A stretch of DNA of 62,672 nucleotides, filler included. It is 5 parts of 5 records of this genome, joined end to end, with 100 filler letters (N's around TTAATTAATTAA, not from the genome) between each part and the next. Parts side by side here need not be neighbours in the genome. Positions count along the whole stretch, not along the records: positions 48,837 to 62,672 come from DRR723986_16873; 4 more parts are not named here. One strand, 5' to 3'. The notes beneath the pieces were generated by a model. It worked only from the letters and a program-made list of their open reading frames with translations. It had not been told where the DNA came from and made no database searches. Shown here piece by piece: positions 51,801-60,600 of the stretch. The position numbers and the translations under genes were made by a program. Numbering within the stretch: the stretch's first letter is position 1; every line of letters starts with the position of its first letter.

Positions 51801-54800
51801 AATGTACTTCAAGATGTTGTACCAAATGAAGGAGTGCGACTTTAACCACAAGTCACGTAATCTTCCGTCCTCCGGTGCAGATTTTATTTCCGGCTATGCC
51901 GATGTGGTTGATGCCGGAGTGACTACCGAGACCGACAGTGGCCGTCCTGCGGTCTGGGTCGAACTCAAAGGCCGCCCCACCCCAATTGAATTGGCGGAAC
52001 AATTCATCCGTGCAGAGCATGTGAAGGATTTGACTTGCAATAGTTTGACTGCACTTAACGACCCGGATCGTAACAGTGAAGCATTCTGGCAGGAACTCCT
52101 GCGTTCAGTGTTTTTTGCCGGGCCGCTGGAGGCCACGATTTCATATTTCTTTACCGATGAACTCAAGCCATTTGTTCATCATAGTTATCTGCGCATACCT
52201 TTAACACGGCCGAAACTGGGTGGCGGAGTGCGCGTCAAACGCCTGCTCATGTATGATCAGGGCCTGGAAACAGGTGATGCCGTACTCTATGGGTCGGAAT
52301 ACCTCTATGAACGCACAGATGGATCCTGTTCCGGCGTGGCTACAAATGAACCCGGTGAGGGTCGCGAGGAAAATGCTCTGGTTGGTTTCCTGAAAAAGAA
52401 GGAAGATCAGAGTGCTCTTAGTGAATTCTTTGCCGGCAAAGACCTTGAGCAGTTTGAAGGTCCCCTGGCTGAAGGACTCCTGCCTGCAGCAACAGTGCAG
52501 TATGGACGGGTCGTCACTCGCTCAATTCACAGCGGTAAAAGCAGTACGGGCTTTGCGGTTAGTGAGTTCTTTACAACACGTGACTATCCCTCTCTGCAAG
52601 TCAAGTATACGGGAATACATCGTGATCCTAGTTTGGCCTGGCCCGTTGTAACGCCGCACTCAAATACGTCCTCCGGACACCGCAGTTCGACGCAAGGTTA
52701 TTCAGTGGTGCGCAATACCATGGCCGGCCAGATCAAGAGTCAGGCGCGATATAGCGGGGAATATAATTCGGATGACCCGGCGGCGTCTGAGGTCGTCGAG
52801 TCTACCGAGTACAGGTACTTTGAGCCGGGCGAAGCAGTCCCAATGTTTAACGGTATTGATCAGCCGATCAGTTACGGACACCCCGGCCGCGAGGTTGAAA
52901 TTGCCATTGAAACACGCAAGGCCGAAGACCGATTTGACAGTGGTGCAGCCTCCTATGATACCGGAGTTACGATTCCAAGTCTGTTGGCATTTCTGCCTTC
53001 GCCATTTGCGCACTTGCAGATGCGTTACACGATGCATGAAGCGTCGATCCAGACAGCTGTTATCAGCAAGGTCATCGACTACCCCGTCATTGTGCGTTCA
53101 GTTACCAGCAGCAAGGAAGGTATTAAACATACGCAGACCTTTGCGGCTTTTGACCCTGCGACAGGAAACCCCGTGATAACACTTAACAGTGACAATCACG
53201 ACGGACTTAACCTGCCGCACTCGCAGGATCACAAAGGAGTATATGCGAATTACAATTTGCCTGCCTGGCAGGAATATCCGGAGTTGGGACAAAAAGCGGA
53301 ACGCGAAAGTCGTGTAGTTGCGGGTGTTGTCAATGGCTATGGAGGGTATCCATTGAAGCTGACCGCGGGAGTCTCGCCCCCATTGGAAACCGGCGATCTG
53401 ATTTATCTGCACGGAGTTAATGATCGCAATGATACGGTTGGAGGAGCGTTCAGAATTGTCGCGAAGACCGGTTCTCCTTTTATTTACGACTGTGAGCCCA
53501 TGGCCTATGATCCCGAAGCGTATGGCTCTGGAACGTTTTTGGCAGGAAGTGGGCAGATCATCCGCAGCAACCGCCAAAATCGTCTCAACCTCAGCGCCGG
53601 AAGTTTAACAACCTACGGTCGCGATCTGGCTGATGTGCTAGATAGCAACGTTCTGCTCAGCTCCTTAACAACTAATGTCATAGCCGCTTCGGCGACCGTG
53701 TTTAAGGATGACTGGGAGTACGATAAATCTGTCTATGATTCGGTTGAAATTGGAAGCACGCATCCTGAAGACCTTTGGTCCCAGGGTATTCGCGGCCGCT
53801 GGCGGCCCTACCGCTCCTACGTCTATCGCGGTGACGTGCAGGCGGGTGTCGGCAGTTCTACCGAGCGCAACTACAAAAATGCGGGTGTACTTAACTCTTT
53901 CACCTTCTTCGACTGGTCACCGAATGCGACGCAGGCCGGTAATTGGGTCGGTTTAAGTGAAGCCACGCAGTTCTCGGCACATGGCGAAGTCCTCGAAGAA
54001 GTTGATGTACTTAACATTCCATCCTCGGCGCGTTTTGCGCATAAAGGCATGTTGCCCTCAATGGTGGCGGCCAATGCCGAACGCGGTGCAATTGTTTTTG
54101 AGAGTTTTGAGGATAAATCCGGTACGGCAACAGATGCATACCACTCCGGATTTAACAGTCTGTACCCGCCGGTAGGTTACACACTCATCGACAGCGTTTT
54201 GCCGACTGCACGCCTGGCGGCATCCGGCGCAATTGTTAACTTCTGGGCGAAAGGTGGATCGTCTCCGCCTTGTGATGTCAGGCTTGGAACACAAACAGTT
54301 ACCCCGACATATATTGCCCGCAGCGGTGAATGGAGTCTTTACGAAGCGGTCGTTAATTCGGGTGTGTTGTTACAAGGCACTGACCGCATTGCACTTGATA
54401 TTCACCGCTTGGCGGATTCTGCCACGTTCCACATCGACGACGTGCGTCTGCAGCCGCTGGATGCGCAGGCCACCTGTTACGTGTATGATAACGCGACCTT
54501 CCGCCTGCTGGCACAGTTCGATGATCAGCACTTTGGTCTGTATTATCAATATTCCGCCGAAGGAAAGTTAACACGCCGGATAATTGAAACCGTGGATGGT
54601 ATGAAAACCGTGCAGGAAACGCAGTACCACACACCACTGTCGGCGCGCAGGGGCTACGGCCTGGGAATTGCCAGTGCGCAGTCAATCAGCTCCAATCTGT
54701 ATCTGCCGAATCTGCCTGGCCGTGGTGCATTGAGCCCCAACCTGCAGATCATGCCGCGACCGGATGCCGCTGATTATCGCCGCAGTGGCGATAATGAGTT

Positions 54801-54894
54801 CGATCTGTTTAACATAGAGTTAAACCCCGACGACGGGCGTCTGCGCATCCTCGATATCGACACGCTTGATCTGCACGGTAAGGAGGGCAATTAA
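48838..54894 (+). CDS. Giant YD/RHS-shell-type protein (FCB-group family), 5' truncated, >2000 aa
   Basis: Frame open from the contig start (NRGKRGFPDDF...); motifs GKLTLKRV, AWHLKVIRMPSGGEIQVQYE, GGGVRVKRL, SGVATNEP and IDDVRLQPLDA..CYVYD...LLAQFDDQHFGLYYQYSAEGKL. Confidence 0.8.
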   Translation, partial: NRGKRGFPDDFDSTEVEFFNKAPKNETYGIGYQLGTEIFSGDQNLSTGGLIRYNNYTGYSTIQSNTYNAAGLANIGFNYEDGYGKFHGSISPLRILFTVAVAAADAANSKAKTDSRSNISGVDRLSNAASAVNRTEQYSGNAISIYDSFLMDRIRDYLSAPVHSLSTPRYSGEHFNVRFGGMPFPLPLLPGIISTRLGMTGLYSYQESFDRESRIAYGYMYLGDVKHGEGSEKFLLDYDREGGAQYSARDLFLGMPYANADMFSVVGEGIGGAFRLHNRRVGIFHPDRQKSSVSMNDIGVDFSVGSQWGVGADASYGQQSLTIDEWKVENANSYRFMGDMDTDDPHYDGEPVFFRFAGDKGGEVNFTDSDGAERMNLDGDELEINQDRIKPYMNDGARAGRSSHINFNTNAQMMDSVGDVHYRSYTKDHQLLHEFIDRNDPQLASQIGELHIVNEAGNAYTYGLPVYNRNEGNFRYVRPSFGLEDNTFAFAAISDSSHNHFSGQRISTPYARSFLLTKITTPEYLDRTGDGPTPDDFGGYTRFGYRQTAGSFVKGGADVNDEWYKWRSPYRGFHYDPGKLVTAQDNAGTVALGEKELYYLNNIDTKTHVAYFVTNKTRDTIERGAAGDLIISGSGVERLDAYEAYRDIEKTSNQEEVLSASGVIPTNYDGQWSSDLEGKAWNAGRYNELAMDSATMATPTPNKNEYLERIELYAKDADGNPTNLIKTVHFEYDYSLMSSDPQDSYRRPDTSGAGVITFDTIYHRPSVLNSAFGFSTDVRPEHAQTHVAMSQAGKLTLKRVWMEYEGIVNARISPYDFEYGYRCNTTDHEDYAPEVAAVYDDVIDDVKQRSDSCNGRTGKIENPGYRSTNYDRWGHYAHDGHSRRRHYRNYTDQSPPSWIDPAAWHLKVIRMPSGGEIQVQYERHRYDYVQDQPALAMVRMLDAGPVDDDDEHFRCTLNVQEDLGVTSTEELDSLAKRILSLYKGTGEKMYFKMLYQMKECDFNHKSRNLPSSGADFISGYADVVDAGVTTETDSGRPAVWVELKGRPTPIELAEQFIRAEHVKDLTCNSLTALNDPDRNSEAFWQELLRSVFFAGPLEATISYFFTDELKPFVHHSYLRIPLTRPKLGGGVRVKRLLMYDQGLETGDAVLYGSEYLYERTDGSCSGVATNEPGEGREENALVGFLKKKEDQSALSEFFAGKDLEQFEGPLAEGLLPAATVQYGRVVTRSIHSGKSSTGFAVSEFFTTRDYPSLQVKYTGIHRDPSLAWPVVTPHSNTSSGHRSSTQGYSVVRNTMAGQIKSQARYSGEYNSDDPAASEVVESTEYRYFEPGEAVPMFNGIDQPISYGHPGREVEIAIETRKAEDRFDSGAASYDTGVTIPSLLAFLPSPFAHLQMRYTMHEASIQTAVISKVIDYPVIVRSVTSSKEGIKHTQTFAAFDPATGNPVITLNSDNHDGLNLPHSQDHKGVYANYNLPAWQEYPELGQKAERESRVVAGVVNGYGGYPLKLTAGVSPPLETGDLIYLHGVNDRNDTVGGAFRIVAKTGSPFIYDCEPMAYDPEAYGSGTFLAGSGQIIRSNRQNRLNLSAGSLTTYGRDLADVLDSNVLLSSLTTNVIAASATVFKDDWEYDKSVYDSVEIGSTHPEDLWSQGIRGRWRPYRSYVYRGDVQAGVGSSTERNYKNAGVLNSFTFFDWSPNATQAGNWVGLSEATQFSAHGEVLEEVDVLNIPSSARFAHKGMLPSMVAANAERGAIVFESFEDKSGTATDAYHSGFNSLYPPVGYTLIDSVLPTARLAASGAIVNFWAKGGSSPPCDVRLGTQTVTPTYIARSGEWSLYEAVVNSGVLLQGTDRIALDIHRLADSATFHIDDVRLQPLDAQATCYVYDNATFRLLAQFDDQHFGLYYQYSAEGKLTRRIIETVDGMKTVQETQYHTPLSARRGYGLGIASAQSISSNLYLPNLPGRGALSPNLQIMPRPDAADYRRSGDNEFDLFNIELNPDDGRLRILDIDTLDLHGKEGN

Positions 54895-54895
54895 C

Positions 54896-55654
54896 ATGCC
54901 TGACCCAATGACAAACAAAAATGGCCCTGGTATGGCTGTTAAAGCCGCCGAAAAACTGGCACGTGCCTTAATACTATATCCCAGCCTCGCGCTGCTTGTT
55001 GCCTCAATGTTAATGGCCGCCGATCCCACGCCCTGTGAACCCTGCCGTTCGACGCTGGACACCTGGACAGCGCTGGATACACACATTGTGACGGTGTATT
55101 CCGGCTGTCAATTGCGCGTGCTTTATCGCACGCGTTCCTGCGACAATGATGGTTGTTTTGAATTGGACATCGTACGTGCCGAGGTCGAAGCCGGGTCGTG
55201 TAATCTCGACTCCTTGCTCGGGTTTTCGCCGGAGAGTTTAACAACGAGTATGCTGGCTGGATTTTTGTACGATAACCCCATGAATTTTCCGCCGAATTCC
55301 ACGGACGAAGATCAGTGTTGGCGTATTAAACGTCCGCGCTGTTGGCGCATTGCCAGTAATGTCTGCAACCCCGATCCCCCCGGTGCTTCCACGTCGCTGG
55401 TAGCCTGCGATCCGAACTCATGTTGTGTTAGTCAGATTGCCGTGCATCAGGATAGTTGTGGTCAGTTGTTTTTCTACGACTACCCGATTGACCATTATGT
55501 TAAGGAAAGTCAGGACTGGGTCGATTCCTACGACAGCACGCTGGCTTGTGACGAGTGTGGTCCGGAAGGTGGTTTGCTCGACTGTTCGTTTGGCTGTGTC
55601 GAAAAACTCATGCGTGCTATTAATCGCAATGCCGAGGCGCTGTCTAATGATTAA
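54896..55654 (+). CDS. Secreted cysteine-rich protein of unknown function
   Basis: Hydrophobic signal region followed by 17 Cys in about 210 aa; abuts both neighbours. Confidence 0.75.
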   Translation: MPDPMTNKNGPGMAVKAAEKLARALILYPSLALLVASMLMAADPTPCEPCRSTLDTWTALDTHIVTVYSGCQLRVLYRTRSCDNDGCFELDIVRAEVEAGSCNLDSLLGFSPESLTTSMLAGFLYDNPMNFPPNSTDEDQCWRIKRPRCWRIASNVCNPDPPGASTSLVACDPNSCCVSQIAVHQDSCGQLFFYDYPIDHYVKESQDWVDSYDSTLACDECGPEGGLLDCSFGCVEKLMRAINRNAEALSND

Positions 55655-56510
55655 TGTATTAAACAATTTTGGCCGCTCAATGAATGTACTTTTCTCTCGG
55701 GATGGCTTAACATACTGCCTGATTTGCATGAGCTTCTTGTTTGTACCCGCAGCCGGGCATGCATCCGACGTGTCACAGGTGACGGTGTTAACATCCGAGG
55801 CTGCGTCTGAGATAAAAGCCGAATTCCGCCGCGTGCTCGCAAACATGCAGGAGCCGCCAGTTAACAGTGGCTTGCGCATGCGTTATACCTACACCGTTCA
55901 GCCGCGCGATTCTGCGCAGTTTGAGCGCCAGGAAATAGAGCAGGAAATCATTAGCAACAATGGCCGCAGCCTGATGCGTTCCGGTGACGATCTGGTAGCC
56001 GATGACAAGCGCCACTACGTGGTTGTCAGTCATGCCATGCGCCGCATTATTGTGCGTGAGTGGCCCGCAGAAAAAACATCTGCGCCTGCAGAACAGCCCC
56101 AGACCTTTGCGCTCCTGCGCGACTCTCTACTGCAGTCAATGCGTGTCGTGCACGATGAAGTCTTTGAGCAGGACGGCAGGCATATGCGCCGCGTCAAACT
56201 CGAATGTGCCGCCGCCGGCCGAAACGATAACAGGGACGATAACAGCGACGATAACAAGGCCAAATGCCGCGAAATCGCTGCGGTGACAGCAGAGTGGGAC
56301 GCAGAAAATGCAACAATTACGCGCATGCATATAAGCCACACTCCCGAGGCAGAATCCAGCAGTGCCTGGGTCGAAATCCAGATTCACGAGCTGGAATATG
56401 ATGACCAAACCGCGCTCGAACCCGCATTAAATCTGGCGTTTGAGCGCGGCAAGTTACGTGCAGAACTGGCCGGCTATCATTTGCTGGATCTGCGCCGGGA
56501 GGCACGCTGA
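55647..56510 (+). CDS. Exported protein, possibly LolA-like fold
   Basis: Signal peptide (AGHA/S), helix then alternating beta strands (MRYTYTV, SLMRSG, YVVVSH, RRIIV); the start may be 55647 or 55680. Confidence 0.6.
   Translation: MINVLNNFGRSMNVLFSRDGLTYCLICMSFLFVPAAGHASDVSQVTVLTSEAASEIKAEFRRVLANMQEPPVNSGLRMRYTYTVQPRDSAQFERQEIEQEIISNNGRSLMRSGDDLVADDKRHYVVVSHAMRRIIVREWPAEKTSAPAEQPQTFALLRDSLLQSMRVVHDEVFEQDGRHMRRVKLECAAAGRNDNRDDNSDDNKAKCREIAAVTAEWDAENATITRMHISHTPEAESSSAWVEIQIHELEYDDQTALEPALNLAFERGKLRAELAGYHLLDLRREAR
56224..56259 (+). repeat. 12-bp in-frame tandem repeat x3 (encodes NDNRDDNSDDNK)
   Basis: ACGATAACAGGG ACGATAACAGCG ACGATAACAAGG. Confidence 0.8.
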
Positions 56511-56614
56511 TGTCTACTGCACAATTGCACGCTGCCTGCGCCCTTGGGCATTCGCTGCCCGCGCCATATTTTACGCTAAACCCCGAATTTTGCACCCCTA
56601 AAGGGATCCGTCTT

Positions 56615-57514
56615 ATGCCAACGCTCAAACAGTTTTACAGCTTTCTGCTCCTTGCTTTTTCAGTACTGGCCCTTAGCGCCTGCGGCGATGATGACAACGG
56701 CGGCGGCGGTACAACAGGCCCTGATCCAGACCCTGATCCGGACCCCGATCCGGAAAAGAGCATCGGAATTGAGATGGTGCGGATTGAGCCGGGGACGTAT
56801 ATGCGCGGGGATGACTTTGAGCGTAGTAAAGCGCAGCCTTTTCATCAGGTCACAATTACCAAACCCTTCATGATTGGCAAATATGAATTCCTGGGGTCGG
56901 AATACGATAAACTGATGGGGGAAGAGCTTTCAGGCGCTCTTAGTGACAGGCACCCACATAATGATTTTTCGTGGCTGGACGCCTTTGAAATTTGTAACCA
57001 GTTATCTGAATACGAAGAGTTGAACCCCGTGTATACGATTGTGGGCGAAGATGTGACCTGGAACCGATCGGCAAATGGCTACCGCTTACCGACCGAGGCT
57101 GAATGGGAGTATGCCTGCCGTGCGGGGACTTCAACTTCTCTTTACAATGGAAATATTCCGCAGTTTGTTGGTGAATCCCCGGCGACACATCCTTTGCTGG
57201 ACGCGATCGCATGGTATTACTCAACAGAAGAGTTTCCTGTAAATGCCAAAGCCGTCGGTCTAAAAGAGCCAAATAGTCATGGCTTGTATGATATGTTCGG
57301 TAATATTCATGAGATGACTTGGGACCGCTTTGGTCCGTATAGCGCAGATCCTCTAATTGATCCTAGCGGGCCAGATGAAGGTGAACAAAGAATTGCACGC
57401 GGAGGGAATATTCGTCAATCTGTTAACGAAATCAGAGCAGGGTATAGATGGCCTGTGCCACAAAGCGAGAAAAATACTGTAGTCGGAATGCGAGTGGCAA
57501 GAAATACTGAGTAA
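56615..57514 (+). CDS. FGE-sulfatase/SUMF1-family (CLec fold) lipoprotein with a (PD)5 linker
   Basis: LSAC lipobox, PDPDPDPDPDP, YRLPTEAEWEYACRAG, PNSHGLYDMFGNIHE and RGG...GMRVAR. Confidence 0.92.
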   Translation: MPTLKQFYSFLLLAFSVLALSACGDDDNGGGGTTGPDPDPDPDPDPEKSIGIEMVRIEPGTYMRGDDFERSKAQPFHQVTITKPFMIGKYEFLGSEYDKLMGEELSGALSDRHPHNDFSWLDAFEICNQLSEYEELNPVYTIVGEDVTWNRSANGYRLPTEAEWEYACRAGTSTSLYNGNIPQFVGESPATHPLLDAIAWYYSTEEFPVNAKAVGLKEPNSHGLYDMFGNIHEMTWDRFGPYSADPLIDPSGPDEGEQRIARGGNIRQSVNEIRAGYRWPVPQSEKNTVVGMRVARNTE

Positions 57515-57678
57515 GCAGAATCACAGGGAGAGACATTCGAAGCACTGATCTTGAATTGAATGTTTTCCGCAACATACGAGTTGTGTTCACAATCCGATAG
57601 TTGCCACAAGCAGGTAACGATTTAATACAACAAAAATGGAATATTAAAACGCTGAAATTTTGCAGCGGAGGGATTGTC

Positions 57679-60600
57679 ATGTCTAATCTGAACAAAAACT
57701 TGTGGTCATATGTTGGCCGAGTGGTCACAGGACTCGTCGTCGTCGCGGGTGTTCTGTTTGCAGCTGCACCTCCGCAACAATTTGCAAAATCTGGAGATGA
57801 GCAAAACGGTAAGAGTTCTGCCGATGATACTTTTATAGATCCCCCTCTATTGGAATCATACTATGTGCATGAAAAAAGCACGGATTCACTTCTGTCTGGT
57901 ACAGATCTTGCCCAAGGGGGGACAATTGAGTTAAACCTGCATGCTGACCCTGGCCTTGACTATTGTGCTTACCGTTGCATGAAGTCTACCAAACTCATGG
58001 TACGCCTGGATGTAAATGGAGGTGATGAAGTCTTTGACAATGGCAAGAACTCCATGTTTTCAGCAAGTGTTGAATTCGAAATGAAAAGGGCTCGCAATTC
58101 TGGAATATTGGTTGCCTCAACAATCAATGAATCGATAGATATTGGCGTTAGCGGGGACTCTGTTTCCCCTGAAGGATGGTTCGTCTGGGATTTAACAGAT
58201 GATCATCCTGGTAATTGCGTGACATCCGGAATATCTCAGTTTGAAAAAGTTATTGTTGATATCATATCAGTAACTCTGCCAGGCGGTTCACTCAACGACA
58301 GCCTGCGCTTTGAAGCCCGCCTCGTCGAAGAATACGCCGTGGACGCTCAGAAAACAGGTGAAACCTGCGGCACAGCTGCCGCACGTCTCGTAGAACCTAT
58401 TCCTGCATTTTCACAACACCCGCAGGTGTTTAAGTGGCAGAATATTAGCTGTGCCAATGACTCCTTCCCGAATTATCAATTTCAGCTCTTGCGTCTGTTT
58501 AACACAGATACGGCCAACCGCAATGAAGCAACAATCATCAAGACCAAGGTGGACTGGGACAAAGCCTTAACACTTGAGACCTATGGTCCTAAGCAGGAGA
58601 TGAAGTTAACGGTTGCTGAGGGCTCGGGTCTATACGTCTGGCGTGTGCGCCCGATTGGTGATAGATATGAAGGCGGGGTTGCCAACAGTGCCAATTGGGG
58701 CTGCTGGTCGCTCGCGCCGCCCGATGATACGGTCATGGAGATTACTTCAAGTGTTACAAGTTTTTTACCGGCATACTACAACGATTGTTTACTGGATTAC
58801 ACGCAGTTTGACGACACATTAAACTTTATCTATGGCCGTACCTTCAGTGAGGGGCAGAACAGCGTTCCCGGTATTTCAGAGACAATTAACTATGCCGACG
58901 GCCTGCTCTTCAGCCGTCAGCAGCAGGCGCGTTTGCAGTCGCAGGATTGTGTGCTGGTGTCGGGTTCGATCTACGACTACAGCGGCCGTCCATCACTTGC
59001 ACCTTTGGGCGCGCCGGTAAACCAAAACCGCTTTGGGTATATCAGTGAGTTATACAAGGCAGATGGTGAACTTTACCGCGCCGAACATTTTGATACTGAT
59101 ACCAAACTCTATAGTCCTGACTTACTTGATGGCGGGCCGGTAGCGGATTACTGGTCGAGTGTTAACCCCGATAGGCAAATTCCTTCGGCCGATTCATTGG
59201 CCTTTGCACGCACGATATTTTACCCGGAAGCATCCGGGCGCGTTGCCGAACAATCCGGGCCGGGCCGTACACATAGTCTTTACGGCGGCCGCACAGTCAA
59301 GACTGTCTACAGCAATGCCACCGACAAGGAACTGACAAGCATATTCGGTGAAGAAGCGCCGCTCGATAGTGGGGTGACGCGTGTGACATCTACCGATCAA
59401 AACAAGGTCAGTAGTGTGCAGTACCTCGAAAAAGAAGGGCGTGTGCTGGCTACGGCGCTGATCTGGCAGCCGGGCAATGATAGTTTGTTAACGGCGCTGG
59501 ATCAGGAGACGGAAGTAAACAATTTAGTTAACAGTCTTTCAATTGCCGACACCATTAAAACTCCATCAGCTAAAAGCCTTGACTATAATATTCACGGCAT
59601 GCGTAAGCTGGTCCTGACCGATTCGCAGGATGTGGTGTTTAAGTATAAGCTGACAGCCAAGAGTTTTGAGTCGATGTGTGAAGACTACTGCAGCACGTGT
59701 GACTATCTGGTAGTTCGCAATGTGCGCGAGCTTGGTTCCGATGCGGGGCCAATATTGCGTGACACACTTATCGTCAACCCCGCCGATTGTTTAATGGCGG
59801 GAGATACGAGCCTGCCGGATGTGACGATTACACTTCCGCCGGGAGTATACAGCTATTCGCGGCGCGTGTATACCAACAATGCCGATCCTGCCGTCTTACC
59901 TGATACTACTCGTCTAATGCGCGTATCACATGCGAATGCCGTGCGTGAGATGTTTTTGCAGCGCGCCTCCAGTGAACTGAATGCAATCTTTGGCGCTGAA
60001 CTCACCACGTATTTTGATCCGAATATTGCTCCCAACGACACTTTGTTTGAAGCAATGCTCAGCAATTACGAAACCTACCGTGGGCAACTCGACAGCAATA
60101 AGACCATACTATTTGATTCCTGCTGCGCAATCTTTTTGCCGGAAAATGACTGCCCGGATGGATGTAATCCACGTGTTAACTTTGAGGAATACCTTTATGG
60201 GATGTGGGCGGATTCACTGGGGTTGGATTCAACGGTGAATGCCTTTTTCCGGCACCGTGATGGTACGGATCGTTTTCCGCATCTGCAGGATACTACCGGG
60301 CAGGACACGGGCTGGTTTAATCTGATCGTTGATAACATGATCGCCGACGGTTATGATTGCAAGGAGCTGTTCCGCTGCTGGCAAGGTGTTGCTCTCGCCT
60401 ACCCTGGTCGTGCCTACAGAGTGATCTACAATTCAGTTGGAGTTAACAGACTGGATACGAATGAGAGCGGAGAATATGTCTACAATCGTGGATATGACTT
60501 GCTCGAAGATTTTTTGAATTGTGCCGGGTACAAATTGTGTAAGTATAGTGATTATGCCTATGCCGAGCCCGCAGGCAACTTACGCTACCCCTATAAACAT

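Noticed and set aside
56720-56752. (PD)n repeat as a contingency locus
   Set aside because: Codons are synonymously varied and in frame; it is an ordinary lipoprotein linker.
57390-57678. DGR (variable region at the end of the FGE-fold gene)
   Set aside because: No template repeat copy and no reverse transcriptase are visible in the window; only a remote target remains possible.
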